Shown one piece after another: positions 10,010 to 20,533 of a stretch of DNA of 57,004 nucleotides. The position numbers and the translations under genes are program-made. Location of the stretch: NCBI GenBank assembly GCA_001513545.1, contig LFTQ01000162.1:1-57004 (forward strand). Reading direction: 5' to 3'. Within the stretch, counting starts at the first letter, position 1; every line of letters begins with the position of its first letter. Below the pieces are notes generated by a model. That model did no database searches. It was not told where the DNA came from and worked only from the letters and a program-made list of their open reading frames with translations. This DNA is from Clostridia bacterium DTU068. Lineage in GTDB: Bacteria > Bacillota > DSM-12270 > Thermacetogeniales > Thermacetogeniaceae.

Positions 10010-12004
10010 ATGGGAGAAGAAGCTGCTGAGGTTGTTGTGAGAATAAACCATCCCCGATTGGATAAAGTATTTCACTACCTGATCCCCCAAAAGATGGATA
10101 AACCACAGTTAGGTATGAGGGTTAAAGTTCCCTTTGGCCCCCGGCTTGTGGAGGGATGGGTGGTAGGTTACAGCGAAGCAGAAGAGGGGATACTTTTACG
10201 TGAAATTGCAGAGATTACCGCCACAGAACCGGATTTTACAGAGGAGATGCTTAAGTTGGCACACTGGATGGCCGGTTATTATATGCATCCTCTGAGTGAG
10301 ATCCTCGAACTGATGTCCCCTCCTAAGGCACCGAAGCGCCCTCTTGAATTAACCATACCGGAGAGCGGTCCACAGCATTCAGCTGAAGGAATTGTGCTCA
10401 CTGATGAGCAGCAGGCTGCCTTAACAAAAATAATGGATGGATTAAACAGACAGGAGGGCAGCAGTTTTTTGTTATATGGTGTGACCGGGTGTGGGAAGAC
10501 AGAGGTTTATTTGCGATCTGCCCAGGCAGCTCTGGAGCGGGGATGTCAGGTGCTCTATCTTGTACCTGAGATCGCCCTTACACCACAGATGGATGCCATC
10601 TTCCGGAGCTGGTTTGGGGAAGAGGTGGCTGTTTGGCACCACAGACTGACCGGGCGAGAGAAATATAAAACCTGGGAGGGCATTAAAAGAGGTTTTTACA
10701 AGGTGTTGATCGGCCCCCGCTCTGCTGTTTTTGCTCCTTTTAAAACCCTTGGTCTTGTTATCATCGATGAGGAACATGATCCAGCCTATAAGCAGCAGGA
10801 AAAACCTCATTACCATGCACGCCAGGTTGCATTATGGCGTGCCCGCTATAATAAGGCTGTGATTGTGCTGGGCAGTGCAACCCCGTCTCTGGAAAGCTAT
10901 ACCGCAGCAGTTGCAGGAAAAACGCAGGTGCTGTCCATTAAAAAAAGGCCACCTGGACGTTATCTGCCTAGGGTCAGTGTTGTTGATATGAAAGAGGAGG
11001 TTGAGAAGGGAAACCTTTCCTCACTGAGCAGATACCTGGTGGAACAGATCAGGCTGCGTTTGGCAAAAGAGGAGCAGGTTATTCTGTTCTTAAACAGGAG
11101 GGGGTATGCTCCATTAGTCTTCTGCCCCTCCTGTGGTGAGGTTCTCAAATGCAGGAATTGTTCAATATCTCTAATTTACCACAAGCAAACAAGGGATCTG
11201 CGTTGCCATTACTGTAACATTAGAAGAGCGGTTCCTGAGGTCTGTCCTTCCTGCGGCAACAGGAAGGGGATGCGATTTTTGGGAACAGGAATACAGAAGG
11301 TGGAAAAAGAACTGAATGAGATCCTGCCTGATAGCCGAGTTGTCCGTCTGGATTATGATACTACCCGCAAAAAAGGTGCGTTCCAAAGGATATTGGGGAG
11401 TTTTTACCGGAGGGAGGCGGATATTCTGCTGGGAACACAGATGGTGGCCAAAGGGCATGATTTTCCCGGTGTGACTCTGGTGGGTGTCCTCAATGCAGAT
11501 CTTTCTTTGAATTTGCCCGATTTTCGGTCTGCTGAACATACCTTTCAATTATTGACCCAGGTGTCAGGTCGCGCAGGCCGCGGCACTCAACCCGGGGAGG
11601 TGGTGGTACAGACACTCTATCCTGATCACTACAGTATCACCGCTGCCTGTGAAGGGGATCACCATTATTTTTACAGGGAAGAGATGCGGAGGAGGCGTTA
11701 TTTAGAATATCCACCTTTTGGTGAATTGATCAGGGTGCGGCTGACTGGGGATGATGAGGAAAAAGTTATAAGCCTCTCTGCTCAGATGACCGAAGAGCTC
11801 AGGTGTGTATTAAATCCAGACCAGATAGCTGTGCTGGGGCCTGCTCCCGCATCTGTTGTGCGGGTAAAGGGGTATTATAGATATCAGGTGATGCTGAAAG
11901 GAAAGTGCAGACCGGTGCGTAGAAAGATCAGAGAATGTCTGGGAGTTTATCAAAAAAATAATAGTGTTATAATTAGTATTGAAGTGGATCCTTTTGGTTT
12001 TTAA
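10010..12004 (+). CDS. priA: Primosomal replication restart helicase PriA
   Basis: Walker A GVTGCGKTE, DEEH box, and Cys4 zinc clusters (CPSCG..CRNC, CHYC..CPSCG). An extended -10 TGtTATAAT lies at 9971-9979. Confidence 0.95.
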   Translation: MGEEAAEVVVRINHPRLDKVFHYLIPQKMDKPQLGMRVKVPFGPRLVEGWVVGYSEAEEGILLREIAEITATEPDFTEEMLKLAHWMAGYYMHPLSEILELMSPPKAPKRPLELTIPESGPQHSAEGIVLTDEQQAALTKIMDGLNRQEGSSFLLYGVTGCGKTEVYLRSAQAALERGCQVLYLVPEIALTPQMDAIFRSWFGEEVAVWHHRLTGREKYKTWEGIKRGFYKVLIGPRSAVFAPFKTLGLVIIDEEHDPAYKQQEKPHYHARQVALWRARYNKAVIVLGSATPSLESYTAAVAGKTQVLSIKKRPPGRYLPRVSVVDMKEEVEKGNLSSLSRYLVEQIRLRLAKEEQVILFLNRRGYAPLVFCPSCGEVLKCRNCSISLIYHKQTRDLRCHYCNIRRAVPEVCPSCGNRKGMRFLGTGIQKVEKELNEILPDSRVVRLDYDTTRKKGAFQRILGSFYRREADILLGTQMVAKGHDFPGVTLVGVLNADLSLNLPDFRSAEHTFQLLTQVSGRAGRGTQPGEVVVQTLYPDHYSITAACEGDHHYFYREEMRRRRYLEYPPFGELIRVRLTGDDEEKVISLSAQMTEELRCVLNPDQIAVLGPAPASVVRVKGYYRYQVMLKGKCRPVRRKIRECLGVYQKNNSVIISIEVDPFGF

Positions 12005-12025
12005 TAGTAAAGGAGGCAGTATTTG

Positions 12026-12481
12026 ATGTCATCCCGCAATATTGTGGAAGTCGGGGATCCTGTTCTGCGGCAGCAAGCTCGACCAGTCACTGTAATCAAT
12101 AAGAAGATAAAAAAGCTCTTGGATGATATGGCTGAAACCATGTATCAAGCCAGAGGTGTGGGGCTGGCAGCTCCACAGGTAGGCGTTGCTAAAAGAATAA
12201 TTGTAGTGGATGTGGGAGAAGGGCTCTGGGAGTTGATCAACCCGGAAATTATTTTTAGGGAGGGTGAAGAAGTAGACCTAGAAGGTTGTTTGAGCATCCC
12301 CGGTGTGACCGGAGAAGTTATGAGGGCCTCCCGGGTTCGGGTCAGAGGGCTAAACCGGAATGGACAGCAGCAGGTTATCACAGCAGAAGGGTTTGGGGCC
12401 AGGGCATTACAGCATGAAATCGATCACCTGGATGGTATTTTATTTATCGATAAAGCACTGAGGATCTTCAAACAGGCTTAA
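12026..12481 (+). CDS. def: Peptide deformylase
   Basis: [13 protein letters not shown] and HEIDHL motifs. TTG 12023 is an alternative start. Confidence 0.95.
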   Translation: MSSRNIVEVGDPVLRQQARPVTVINKKIKKLLDDMAETMYQARGVGLAAPQVGVAKRIIVVDVGEGLWELINPEIIFREGEEVDLEGCLSIPGVTGEVMRASRVRVRGLNRNGQQQVITAEGFGARALQHEIDHLDGILFIDKALRIFKQA

Positions 12482-12495
12482 AGGGGGAACAGGTT

Positions 12496-13428
12496 ATGAA
12501 AATTCTTTTTTGTGGTACTGCTCACTTTGCACTGCCGGCTTTAAAACAGATACTTGAGAAATGGGAAGTGCTGGGGATAATCACTCAACCTGACCGCCCC
12601 CGTGGCCGTGGCAGGAAAATTGCTGCACCACCGGTGAAGGAGTTTGCTTTGGATAGATCTGTTCCTGTGTATCAACCTAAAACTGCTGGGGAACTGATCC
12701 AGATTATTGAGCAAGAGAATCTCAAAGCTGATCTGATAGTAGTGGTGGCTTACGGCTTAATTCTTCCTGCCCGGGTCTTAGATCTACCCCCTTTAGGGTG
12801 CATCAATCTGCATCCATCACTCCTTCCCGCTTACCGTGGAGCCGCACCTATTCAGAGGGCGATCATGAATGGGGATAAAATAACCGGTGTGAGCACCATG
12901 TATCTATCCCAGGAGATGGATGCAGGTGATATTATTTATCAGGAGAAAAGGGAAATACCGAAGGATTTCACTGCAGGTGAGCTGACTGATGTGCTGGCAG
13001 AACAGGGGGCTCAACTGCTGGTGAAAACCATTTCCGATCTGCAGCAGGGAATTGCGCCGCGACAGGCACAGGACCCGAACCAGGTCAGCTATGCACCACC
13101 GCTGAGCAAAGAAGATGAGAGGATCATTTGGAAGCGGGATGCTGAAGGTATATATAACCAGATCAGGGGTATGAACCCACAGCCTGGAGCGTATACTGAG
13201 TTCAGGGGAAGGATTTTAAAGGTATGGAGTTCTCAGGTTGTTGAGGAAGAAACAACAGGGTTTATGCCCGGTGATGTAGTAAAAACCGATGTAAAGAGGG
13301 GTTTTGTGGTACAAACCGGAAGTGGCCAGCTTCTTTTAACAGAGGTGCAGCCCGCTGGGCGGCCCCGGATGAGCGCTGCTGAATTCCTGCGCGGATACAG
13401 GATCACAGCAGGGTCTCAGCTGGGATGA
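12496..13428 (+). CDS. fmt: Methionyl-tRNA formyltransferase
   Basis: INLHPSLLPAYRGAAPIQRAI motif, and it follows def. Confidence 0.95.
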   Translation: MKILFCGTAHFALPALKQILEKWEVLGIITQPDRPRGRGRKIAAPPVKEFALDRSVPVYQPKTAGELIQIIEQENLKADLIVVVAYGLILPARVLDLPPLGCINLHPSLLPAYRGAAPIQRAIMNGDKITGVSTMYLSQEMDAGDIIYQEKREIPKDFTAGELTDVLAEQGAQLLVKTISDLQQGIAPRQAQDPNQVSYAPPLSKEDERIIWKRDAEGIYNQIRGMNPQPGAYTEFRGRILKVWSSQVVEEETTGFMPGDVVKTDVKRGFVVQTGSGQLLLTEVQPAGRPRMSAAEFLRGYRITAGSQLG

Positions 13429-14846
13429 TTTTATTTCAAAGGCAGGTAAGAGGATTGAATGGATCTAAGCCATCTCCTGCAAGAGATGCAGCTCTACAAG
13501 TGCTCTTGTCTGTGGAGAGAGAGGGCGCTTATGCCAATTTGGAACTGCAAAAATTAGCCCGTACAGGGATGTTGAATCCCCAGGATACTTCACTGCTCAC
13601 CGAATTGGTTTACGGTACTTTGCGCAGACAGGGGACCCTGGACTGGGTCATAGATCAATTCAGTAAAGTACCGGTTTCCCGAATGAATTACATCATCCGC
13701 AGTATTGTACGCATGGCTGTCTATCAGCTTTTATATTTAGATAAGGTTCCTCCCAGAGCTGTCTGTAATGAGGCTGTGAAACTGGCCAAAAGCAGAGGAC
13801 TTCGGGGATTAGCGGGATTTGTTAATGGCCTGCTGCGCACTATCAGCAGCAAAAAAAGGGAAATAGCTTATCCGGACCCTAGAGAAAAACCGGCTCTTTA
13901 TTTGAGTTTGAAGTATTCTCATCCCCTCTGGTTGGTAGAACGCTGGTTGGAACGCTTTGGGAGGGAGGAAACAGCTGCATTATGCAGAGCCAATAATGAG
14001 CCTCCAGCTGTTGTACTGCGCTGTAATACATTAAAAACCACACCGGAGCAACTGCGGAAACAGTTGACTAAAGAGGGCCTGCTGGTACAAGCCAGTGCAC
14101 TGGTTCAGGAGGGTGTGATCGTAGAAAAAGCGGCTTATCTCCCTGAGTTAAAATCATTTCAAGAAGGCTTGTTCACTGTCCAGGATGAGAGCTCAATGAT
14201 CGCCTCAATTGTTTTGAATCCCACAGCAGGTTCAATGGTCATTGATGCCTGCAGTGGGCCCGGCGGTAAAACCACCCATCTGGCACAGCTGATGAAAAAC
14301 AGGGGGAGAATCCTGGCTTTTGATGTTCATCAGCACAGGCTTGATCTCGTTGAGACGGCCTGCAGGAGATTAGGGGTAAAGATTGTTGAAACAGCGCTGT
14401 TAGATGCCAGGGAACTGCCTGAGAAGATCGGAGAAAAAGCTGATTACTTGCTGGTTGATGTGCCCTGTTCCGGTTTGGGTGTGATCCGCAGGCGACCGGA
14501 CCTGCGCTGGCGAGTAAAAGCCGGTGACCTGCCTCTTCACAGGCAACAGCAGTTAGAGATTCTGGGACAGGCTGCTAAATGCCTGAAAACCGGTGGGAAA
14601 CTCCTTTACAGCACCTGTTCTACTGAGCCGGAGGAAAATACAGGGGTTGTCAACTCCTTTTTAATGGAATACACTGAGTTTATACCCGAGGATTTAACTG
14701 AACTGTTGCCTTTTCCGCTGGCAGATCAGAGGGACCAATATGATGCAAAAAGGGGTTATTTACAGCTATTGCCTCATCGTCACGGGACAGATGGCTTTTT
14801 TCTGTCCTGTTTTAAGAAAAGTAAGAAAGAGCAGGTGAAACCATGA
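13425..14846 (+). CDS. rsmB: 16S rRNA (cytosine967-C5)-methyltransferase RsmB (Sun)
   Basis: NusB-like N-terminus, SAM motif DACSGPGGKTTH, and DVPCSG / TCS catalytic cysteines. The start may lie a few codons downstream. Confidence 0.9.
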   Translation: MILFQRQVRGLNGSKPSPARDAALQVLLSVEREGAYANLELQKLARTGMLNPQDTSLLTELVYGTLRRQGTLDWVIDQFSKVPVSRMNYIIRSIVRMAVYQLLYLDKVPPRAVCNEAVKLAKSRGLRGLAGFVNGLLRTISSKKREIAYPDPREKPALYLSLKYSHPLWLVERWLERFGREETAALCRANNEPPAVVLRCNTLKTTPEQLRKQLTKEGLLVQASALVQEGVIVEKAAYLPELKSFQEGLFTVQDESSMIASIVLNPTAGSMVIDACSGPGGKTTHLAQLMKNRGRILAFDVHQHRLDLVETACRRLGVKIVETALLDARELPEKIGEKADYLLVDVPCSGLGVIRRRPDLRWRVKAGDLPLHRQQQLEILGQAAKCLKTGGKLLYSTCSTEPEENTGVVNSFLMEYTEFIPEDLTELLPFPLADQRDQYDAKRGYLQLLPHRHGTDGFFLSCFKKSKKEQVKP

Positions 14847-15592
14847 ATTTGGAAGAGTTGGAAAACATGCTCACCAAGTTTTGGGAAGGTATATTCCGCA
14901 AAGGGAAACGGCCGATCCAACCTGTGGAAATCGCCAGAGCGCTGGTTAGGGAGATGGCAGCTCATAGGAGGGTAAGTGTTTCCCGGGTCTATGCACCCAA
15001 TATATTTACCATTTCTTTGAGCAAAGCGGATTTCCAACAGAGCTCTTCATTACAGGAAGCGCTCTGCCGCGAATTAGCTGATTATGTTAGAAATAAGGCA
15101 GTAGAGAAAGAATATACTCTGATTGGGAGGCCACAGGTCGCCTTTATGGAGGACGAGACCCTGGAGATGGGGGAGATCACTGTTAAGTCTGCCTACTCAT
15201 CAGATCTTCACCAGGAACAGGTGGAGCCTAATGAGGCACCAGGGATAGACCATACTATGATTTTTGATAAACATGATAAACTTAATGAAGCTGTGGGCAA
15301 AAATTATATTGTGACAATCGTCAGTGGCCCTGATCAGGGAAAAAGCATTACCATTAAAAGAGATGCTTCTTATTATATCGGTCGCAAGAGCACCAACCAC
15401 CTGGTGCTTACTGATATCAACGCTTCCCGGGATCATGCTTACTTAGAACTGCGTAATGGTGTTTTGCATATAGTTGATCTGGGAAGCAGGAATGGAACCT
15501 ATGTGGATGGAATTCGAGTAGAGCAGTATGAACTGGAAGATGGTGATCAGTTTCAGATCGGGGATAACCTGTTTAGAATCGAGAGGGGATAA
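14843..15592 (+). CDS. FhaA-like protein: DUF3662-type N-domain plus C-terminal FHA domain
   Basis: N-terminal PVEIARALVREM...VYAPNIFTISLS resembles the FhaA N-domain. The C-terminal GRKSTNHLVLTDINASRDHAYL...DLGSRNGTYVDG is a canonical FHA. ATGA overlap with rsmB. Confidence 0.75.
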   Translation: MNLEELENMLTKFWEGIFRKGKRPIQPVEIARALVREMAAHRRVSVSRVYAPNIFTISLSKADFQQSSSLQEALCRELADYVRNKAVEKEYTLIGRPQVAFMEDETLEMGEITVKSAYSSDLHQEQVEPNEAPGIDHTMIFDKHDKLNEAVGKNYIVTIVSGPDQGKSITIKRDASYYIGRKSTNHLVLTDINASRDHAYLELRNGVLHIVDLGSRNGTYVDGIRVEQYELEDGDQFQIGDNLFRIERG

Positions 15593-15595
15593 TCC

Positions 15596-17284
15596 ATGAT
15601 TTTGCTGATCCTGGTTCTGAAGTATCTGATACTGCTACTCATTTGTCTATTTGTGTTGAATGTTATTCTGAACTTCAGTCCAGGAGGGAAAACAAAAAAA
15701 GCCGTTCTGGTGGCTATCAGTTCAGGAACAGCAGCAGTTCAGCGTGGGGAAAAATGGGGTTTAGGGAAAGGTGTGCTCCTAGGCAGGGGGAGCGAATGCA
15801 CGGTCAAGCTTCCTGATCCCTTTGTTTCCAGCAGACATGCCCGTATTATTCTCCAGGACGAAAAGTACTATGTAACGGACCTGGGTAGCAAAAACGGCAC
15901 ACTGTTAGATGACCGACCCCTGACTTTTCCGCAGCAGTTGCACAACGGATCCCATTTAAAAATAGGTGGGTTTGTTCTAAAAGCCTTGATACCGGAAAAA
16001 AAGGAAGCTGGCAAGTCCTTATTGCGGCCGCTTTTTCCGGGTTTGATCCTTGCTGCTGGCGGTCTAGAGCTTTACTGGCAGCAGTTGCTCAAATATCAGG
16101 ACATAGGTGTTTTGATGGCAGCGGCTCTGATGCTTGTTATCAGTTCTTATGTTGTGGAATACAAGGGCCGGGGTGACCCGTTGGTTATACAATTAATCGG
16201 TGTTCTGTCTGCGCTGGGGCTTATTTTAATATATCGAGTCAATCCCTATTACGGGATCCGCCAATCCTATTGGGTCATTGTAGGGTTTGGTCTCTATTGG
16301 GCGATTCAGATTTTTCTTGTTGAATATAAACGCCTGCTTAATTATAAGTACACTTTCATGGTTCTGAGCATTGTTTTCCTTGCGATCACCATTTTGTTTG
16401 GTGTGGAGGCAGGGGGTGCTCGCAGTTGGCTTTCCCTTGGCTCTTTTCATTTTCAACCTTCAGAGTTTGTGAAGATTTTTATGGTCATCTTTCTGGCAGG
16501 TTATCTTGATGAAAATAAAGAAATCCTCAGGGGCGGAACACTGAAGTTCGGGCCTTTTTATTTGCCGGACTGGCCCTATTTGGGACCCCTTTTAGCTGTT
16601 TGTGGTCTTTCTTTACTGCTTTTGGTTTTCCAAAAGGACCTGGGAATGGCTCTTCTCTTTTTTGCTATTTTCTTGGTGATGGTCTATATTGCTACAGATC
16701 GCTCATATTTTCTCCTGTTGGGACTGGGGCTTTTTTCTGCGGGTACAGTATTGATGTATCATATTTTTCCCCATGTCCAAAACAGACTGTCTATTTACCT
16801 CAACCCCTTAGAACAGATGGAGGTCGGGGGTTATCAGGTTGTACAATCACTGTTTGCCATTGGTGGAGGGGGAATTTTCGGACAGGGTTTTGGCAGCGGT
16901 TTTCCAACATTGATACCGGCTGTCCATACAGATTTTATTTTTTCTTTGATGGCAGAGGAGTTAGGGCTCCTCGGTGCTCTTGCAATTATAGGGATCTATT
17001 TTATTCTGGTTTGGAAAGGGATTCAGACCTCCCTCCAGGCTTCAGATGACTTCGGTCTTCTGATGGCCTGTGGTTTCAGCAGTATTCTCGCTATACAAAC
17101 ATTGATCATTATCGGGGGTGTGACCAATCTTATTCCCCTCACAGGAATACCTTTGCCCTTTTTGAGTTACGGAGGCAGTTCTTTTATTTCCAACTGTTTT
17201 TTGATCGGTATGCTCTCTAAGATAAGTGCTGAAAGGGAGAGCGCTGAGGATTTAGGTGCGGTTGTTGATGCAGCTGTTGATTAG
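15596..17284 (+). CDS. Fusion protein: TM helix plus FHA domain (FhaB/FipA-like) joined to a SEDS FtsW/RodA/SpoVE polymerase
   Basis: Residues about 1-140 hold a TM helix, then GRGSECTVKLPDPFVSSRHARI...DLGSKNGTLLDDRPL. The remainder is a multi-TM SEDS body ending in NLIPLTGIPLPFLSYGGSS. Confidence 0.8.
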   Translation: MILLILVLKYLILLLICLFVLNVILNFSPGGKTKKAVLVAISSGTAAVQRGEKWGLGKGVLLGRGSECTVKLPDPFVSSRHARIILQDEKYYVTDLGSKNGTLLDDRPLTFPQQLHNGSHLKIGGFVLKALIPEKKEAGKSLLRPLFPGLILAAGGLELYWQQLLKYQDIGVLMAAALMLVISSYVVEYKGRGDPLVIQLIGVLSALGLILIYRVNPYYGIRQSYWVIVGFGLYWAIQIFLVEYKRLLNYKYTFMVLSIVFLAITILFGVEAGGARSWLSLGSFHFQPSEFVKIFMVIFLAGYLDENKEILRGGTLKFGPFYLPDWPYLGPLLAVCGLSLLLLVFQKDLGMALLFFAIFLVMVYIATDRSYFLLLGLGLFSAGTVLMYHIFPHVQNRLSIYLNPLEQMEVGGYQVVQSLFAIGGGGIFGQGFGSGFPTLIPAVHTDFIFSLMAEELGLLGALAIIGIYFILVWKGIQTSLQASDDFGLLMACGFSSILAIQTLIIIGGVTNLIPLTGIPLPFLSYGGSSFISNCFLIGMLSKISAERESAEDLGAVVDAAVD

Positions 17285-17299
17285 GTTATTTTTAGGGGT

Positions 17300-18709
17300 A
17301 TGAATACTATGCGCAACACAGTAAAAAAGTTTTTAGTATTTATAACAGCCTGTTTCCTTATTTACGCAGGCTACCTTGTTTATCTGGTTCTGCTAAAGGG
17401 GCCTGCTTTAAGCAAACATGCTGCCAACCCCAGGCAGTGGATTATCGAAAATCGTGTTGTACGGGGAGGAATTTTGACCAGTGATGGAGAAAAAATAGCC
17501 GGTACCATTATTGAAGGGGATACCAACAAGAGAAAATACTATTATCCGCAGCAGTATGCACATCTGACCGGTTATCACTCACAGATACTGGGGAAGACAG
17601 GCTTGGAAAAGGCCTATGATGAGGAACTGCTGGGGTTAAAGGGTTATAGCTTAAGGAAATTAGAGGCTCGTTGGGGATTGGAAAGAACTGAGGGTGATAG
17701 CCTTTATCTTACCATAGATCATCAACTGCAGATGAAAGCCTATGAAATGATGTCTTCTTACAGAGGGGCGGCAGTTGTACTGGATCCCAGAACAGGTGAG
17801 ATTCTGGCTATGGTCAGCACTCCCAGCTATGACCCTAATAATGACAGCTTGGAGAAAACATGGGATAAACTGCGTGAAAATGAAAACCGTCCCCTGTGGA
17901 ACAGGGCTACCCTGGGATTATATCCTCCGGGGTCTACCATGAAAATCGTCACTGCTGCTGTGGGGTTAAAAAAATACCCTCAGCTGCAGAGTGACAGCTT
18001 CAACTGTCAGGGGAAGTTGACCATTGAAGGAAGGGTGCTTCATGATCTGCGGGCACATGGATCTGTGGATCTTAAACGTGCCATGGCTGTATCATGTAAT
18101 TCATATTTTGCCAATTTGGGGATGAAAATAGGCAGTGAAGATTTCATCCGGGGGCTTGAGGCTTTCGGCTGGGGAGCAGATCTTCCCTTTGATCTGCCTG
18201 CTGCAGATATCCCCCTTGATCGGGAAAGTTTGCAGAGTGCAAATGGCCTTGCTGAGTCCAGTATGGGGCAGGGGAAAATACAGGTGAGCCCGCTTTTTAT
18301 GGCGATGGTGGCCGGTTCCTTAGGCAACGGGGGGGTAATGATGACTCCCTATCTGCTACAGGAGATCCGTTCACCTGAAGGAGATCTGATTTGGAAAAGG
18401 GAACCCCAACCTTTGCGTACAGTGGCGTCATCTGAAGTTGCCTGGCAGGTTCAGGAGGGCATGGTGCAGGTTGTACGACCCGGGGGAACAGGCACAGCTG
18501 CTTCATTATCTGGGATAACTGTGGCAGGTAAAACAGGGTCTGCGGAGAACCCAGCAGGTAATCCCCATGCCTGGTTTGTTGCTTTTGCGCCTGCAGAGCA
18601 GCCTGAGGCTGTTGTGTGTGTTGTAGTTGAAAATGGTGGGCAGGGTGGCAGAACTGCAGCACCGATTGCCAGGGAATTATTAAGACTTGCCCTCACACGG
18701 GAGGATTAA
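17300..18709 (+). CDS. Class B penicillin-binding protein (PbpA-type transpeptidase)
   Basis: N-terminal TM helix, then STMK (active-site SxxK), SCN and KTGS motifs. Confidence 0.9.
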   Translation: MNTMRNTVKKFLVFITACFLIYAGYLVYLVLLKGPALSKHAANPRQWIIENRVVRGGILTSDGEKIAGTIIEGDTNKRKYYYPQQYAHLTGYHSQILGKTGLEKAYDEELLGLKGYSLRKLEARWGLERTEGDSLYLTIDHQLQMKAYEMMSSYRGAAVVLDPRTGEILAMVSTPSYDPNNDSLEKTWDKLRENENRPLWNRATLGLYPPGSTMKIVTAAVGLKKYPQLQSDSFNCQGKLTIEGRVLHDLRAHGSVDLKRAMAVSCNSYFANLGMKIGSEDFIRGLEAFGWGADLPFDLPAADIPLDRESLQSANGLAESSMGQGKIQVSPLFMAMVAGSLGNGGVMMTPYLLQEIRSPEGDLIWKREPQPLRTVASSEVAWQVQEGMVQVVRPGGTGTAASLSGITVAGKTGSAENPAGNPHAWFVAFAPAEQPEAVVCVVVENGGQGGRTAAPIARELLRLALTRED

Positions 18710-18712
18710 GAA

Positions 18713-20533
18713 ATGATCGGAAAAATGTTGGGAAACAGATATGAAATAATCGCTATGCTTGGGGCAGGAGGAATGGCCAATGTTTACAGAGCGCGCTGCA
18801 CTGTTTTAAACCGCATCGTTACTGTTAAGGTTCTGCGCAAAGAACTGGCTGAGGATAAGGATTTTGTCCGGCGCTTTCAGATGGAAGCCCAGGCTGTGGC
18901 CCTGCTTTCCCATCCTAACATAGTAAGCATCTATGATGTGGGTGAAGAGGATGGGGTACCTTATCTGGTGATGGAGTATGTGGAGGGCTTCAACCTCAAA
19001 GAAATAATCAGGGAAAGGGGTCCACTATCAGCAACAGAAGCGGTTAATATCGGTATACAAGTCTGTGCTGCATTAGAACACGCCCATAGTAAGGGAATTA
19101 TTCATCGAGACATCAAGTCTCATAATATCCTGGTGACACAAGGAGGACGGGTAAAGGTTACTGATTTCGGCTTAGCCCGTGTCCTGTCAATTCCCAGTGT
19201 CACCATGACTCAATCGGGATCTGTGATGGGATCAGTTCATTACTTTTCTCCAGAACAGGCTCGGGGAGAGGAGGTTACTCCTCAGTCAGATATTTATTCT
19301 CTGGGTGTTGTTCTTTATGAGGTTGTTTCTGGTCGTGTGCCTTTTCAGGGTGATAACCCGATTTCTATTGCGCTGAAACACCTTCAGGAGGAGCCGAAAA
19401 GCCTGCGCCTGGAGAACCCCACTATACCCAATGTATTAGAAAAGATTATTTTCAAAGCAATGGCTAAGGACCCGAAAAACCGCTTCTCTTCTGCAGAACA
19501 GATGCAGCAGGCTCTGGCAGAGGACCAGCCCTCTGGGGCGATCTATCCTTCCGAGGAAGAGCAGACCAGATTGATTCCACAGCCTGAAGAGATGGAAGCC
19601 AAGAAAAAGGTCAGCAAAAAGAGAAAACTACACCCTGGAGCTATTGTGCCTTTGATTCTTCTGGGGCTGCTGCTTGTTGGCGGAGGTCTGTTTGCCCTGT
19701 CAAGGTGGTATTTTGGGGGGACTGTTGCTGTTCCAAATGTTGTGGGGTTAACACAGGAAGAGGCCGAAGAAATGCTGAAAGAAGAGGGCCTTGAAGTGGA
19801 AGTCAAGGAGGCATCTGAGCAAGGAACAGAGACTGATATAGTTGTGCGGCAGGACCCGGTGGACGGGATGGAGGTTAAAAAAGGCCGTTTGATACGTATT
19901 TGGGTCAACAAAGGGCCTGGCAGTGTCTGGCTGCCTGATTATACAGGAGCTGAGGAGAGGGAAGCAACCCTTGCTCTGGAAGGCCGCGGGTTTATTGTTA
20001 AAGTGACCAGAGAAAACCATGATGATGTGCCAGCAGGTTATGTGATCCGCCAGTTCCCAGCAGGGGACAGCGATCAGCCAAAGGGCAGTGATGTCACATT
20101 GGTTGTGAGCAAGGGCCCAGTTGTAAAAGAGGTAATTGTACCAGCTGTGGTAGGCCTGAAAGTGGACCAGGCTGAAGCAGCTCTTGGGGCAGTTGAGCTA
20201 AATCTGGGTGAGGTCACTGAGAAGCCCAGTGATAAGGATAAGGGTGTGATTATTGAACAGAGCATAGCCCCTGGAAGTTCGGTGAAAAAGGGAACAGCTA
20301 TTGATGTTGTGGTCAGCAGCGGTCTACAGGAAAAGGAAACCAAATTGAAAATTGATGTTCCTGAAGAAGGGGAACTGATCATTGTGATCAAGGACAGTCA
20401 GGGTACAAGAGAGGTTTATAAACAGCTCCATAAGGAGGGGGATAAGGTTGATAAAGTTTTTACCGTTTATCCTCCTGGGGAATTTCAAATCTATTTCCAG
20501 GGAAAATTGAGACAGACTGTTCCCATTAATTGA
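18713..20533 (+). CDS. prkC: PASTA-domain Ser/Thr protein kinase (PrkC/PknB)
   Basis: Hanks kinase motifs (GAGGMANVY, HRDIKSHN, DFGLAR), a TM segment, and three PASTA repeats plus a C-terminal beta-rich domain. Confidence 0.95.
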   Translation: MIGKMLGNRYEIIAMLGAGGMANVYRARCTVLNRIVTVKVLRKELAEDKDFVRRFQMEAQAVALLSHPNIVSIYDVGEEDGVPYLVMEYVEGFNLKEIIRERGPLSATEAVNIGIQVCAALEHAHSKGIIHRDIKSHNILVTQGGRVKVTDFGLARVLSIPSVTMTQSGSVMGSVHYFSPEQARGEEVTPQSDIYSLGVVLYEVVSGRVPFQGDNPISIALKHLQEEPKSLRLENPTIPNVLEKIIFKAMAKDPKNRFSSAEQMQQALAEDQPSGAIYPSEEEQTRLIPQPEEMEAKKKVSKKRKLHPGAIVPLILLGLLLVGGGLFALSRWYFGGTVAVPNVVGLTQEEAEEMLKEEGLEVEVKEASEQGTETDIVVRQDPVDGMEVKKGRLIRIWVNKGPGSVWLPDYTGAEEREATLALEGRGFIVKVTRENHDDVPAGYVIRQFPAGDSDQPKGSDVTLVVSKGPVVKEVIVPAVVGLKVDQAEAALGAVELNLGEVTEKPSDKDKGVIIEQSIAPGSSVKKGTAIDVVVSSGLQEKETKLKIDVPEEGELIIVIKDSQGTREVYKQLHKEGDKVDKVFTVYPPGEFQIYFQGKLRQTVPIN

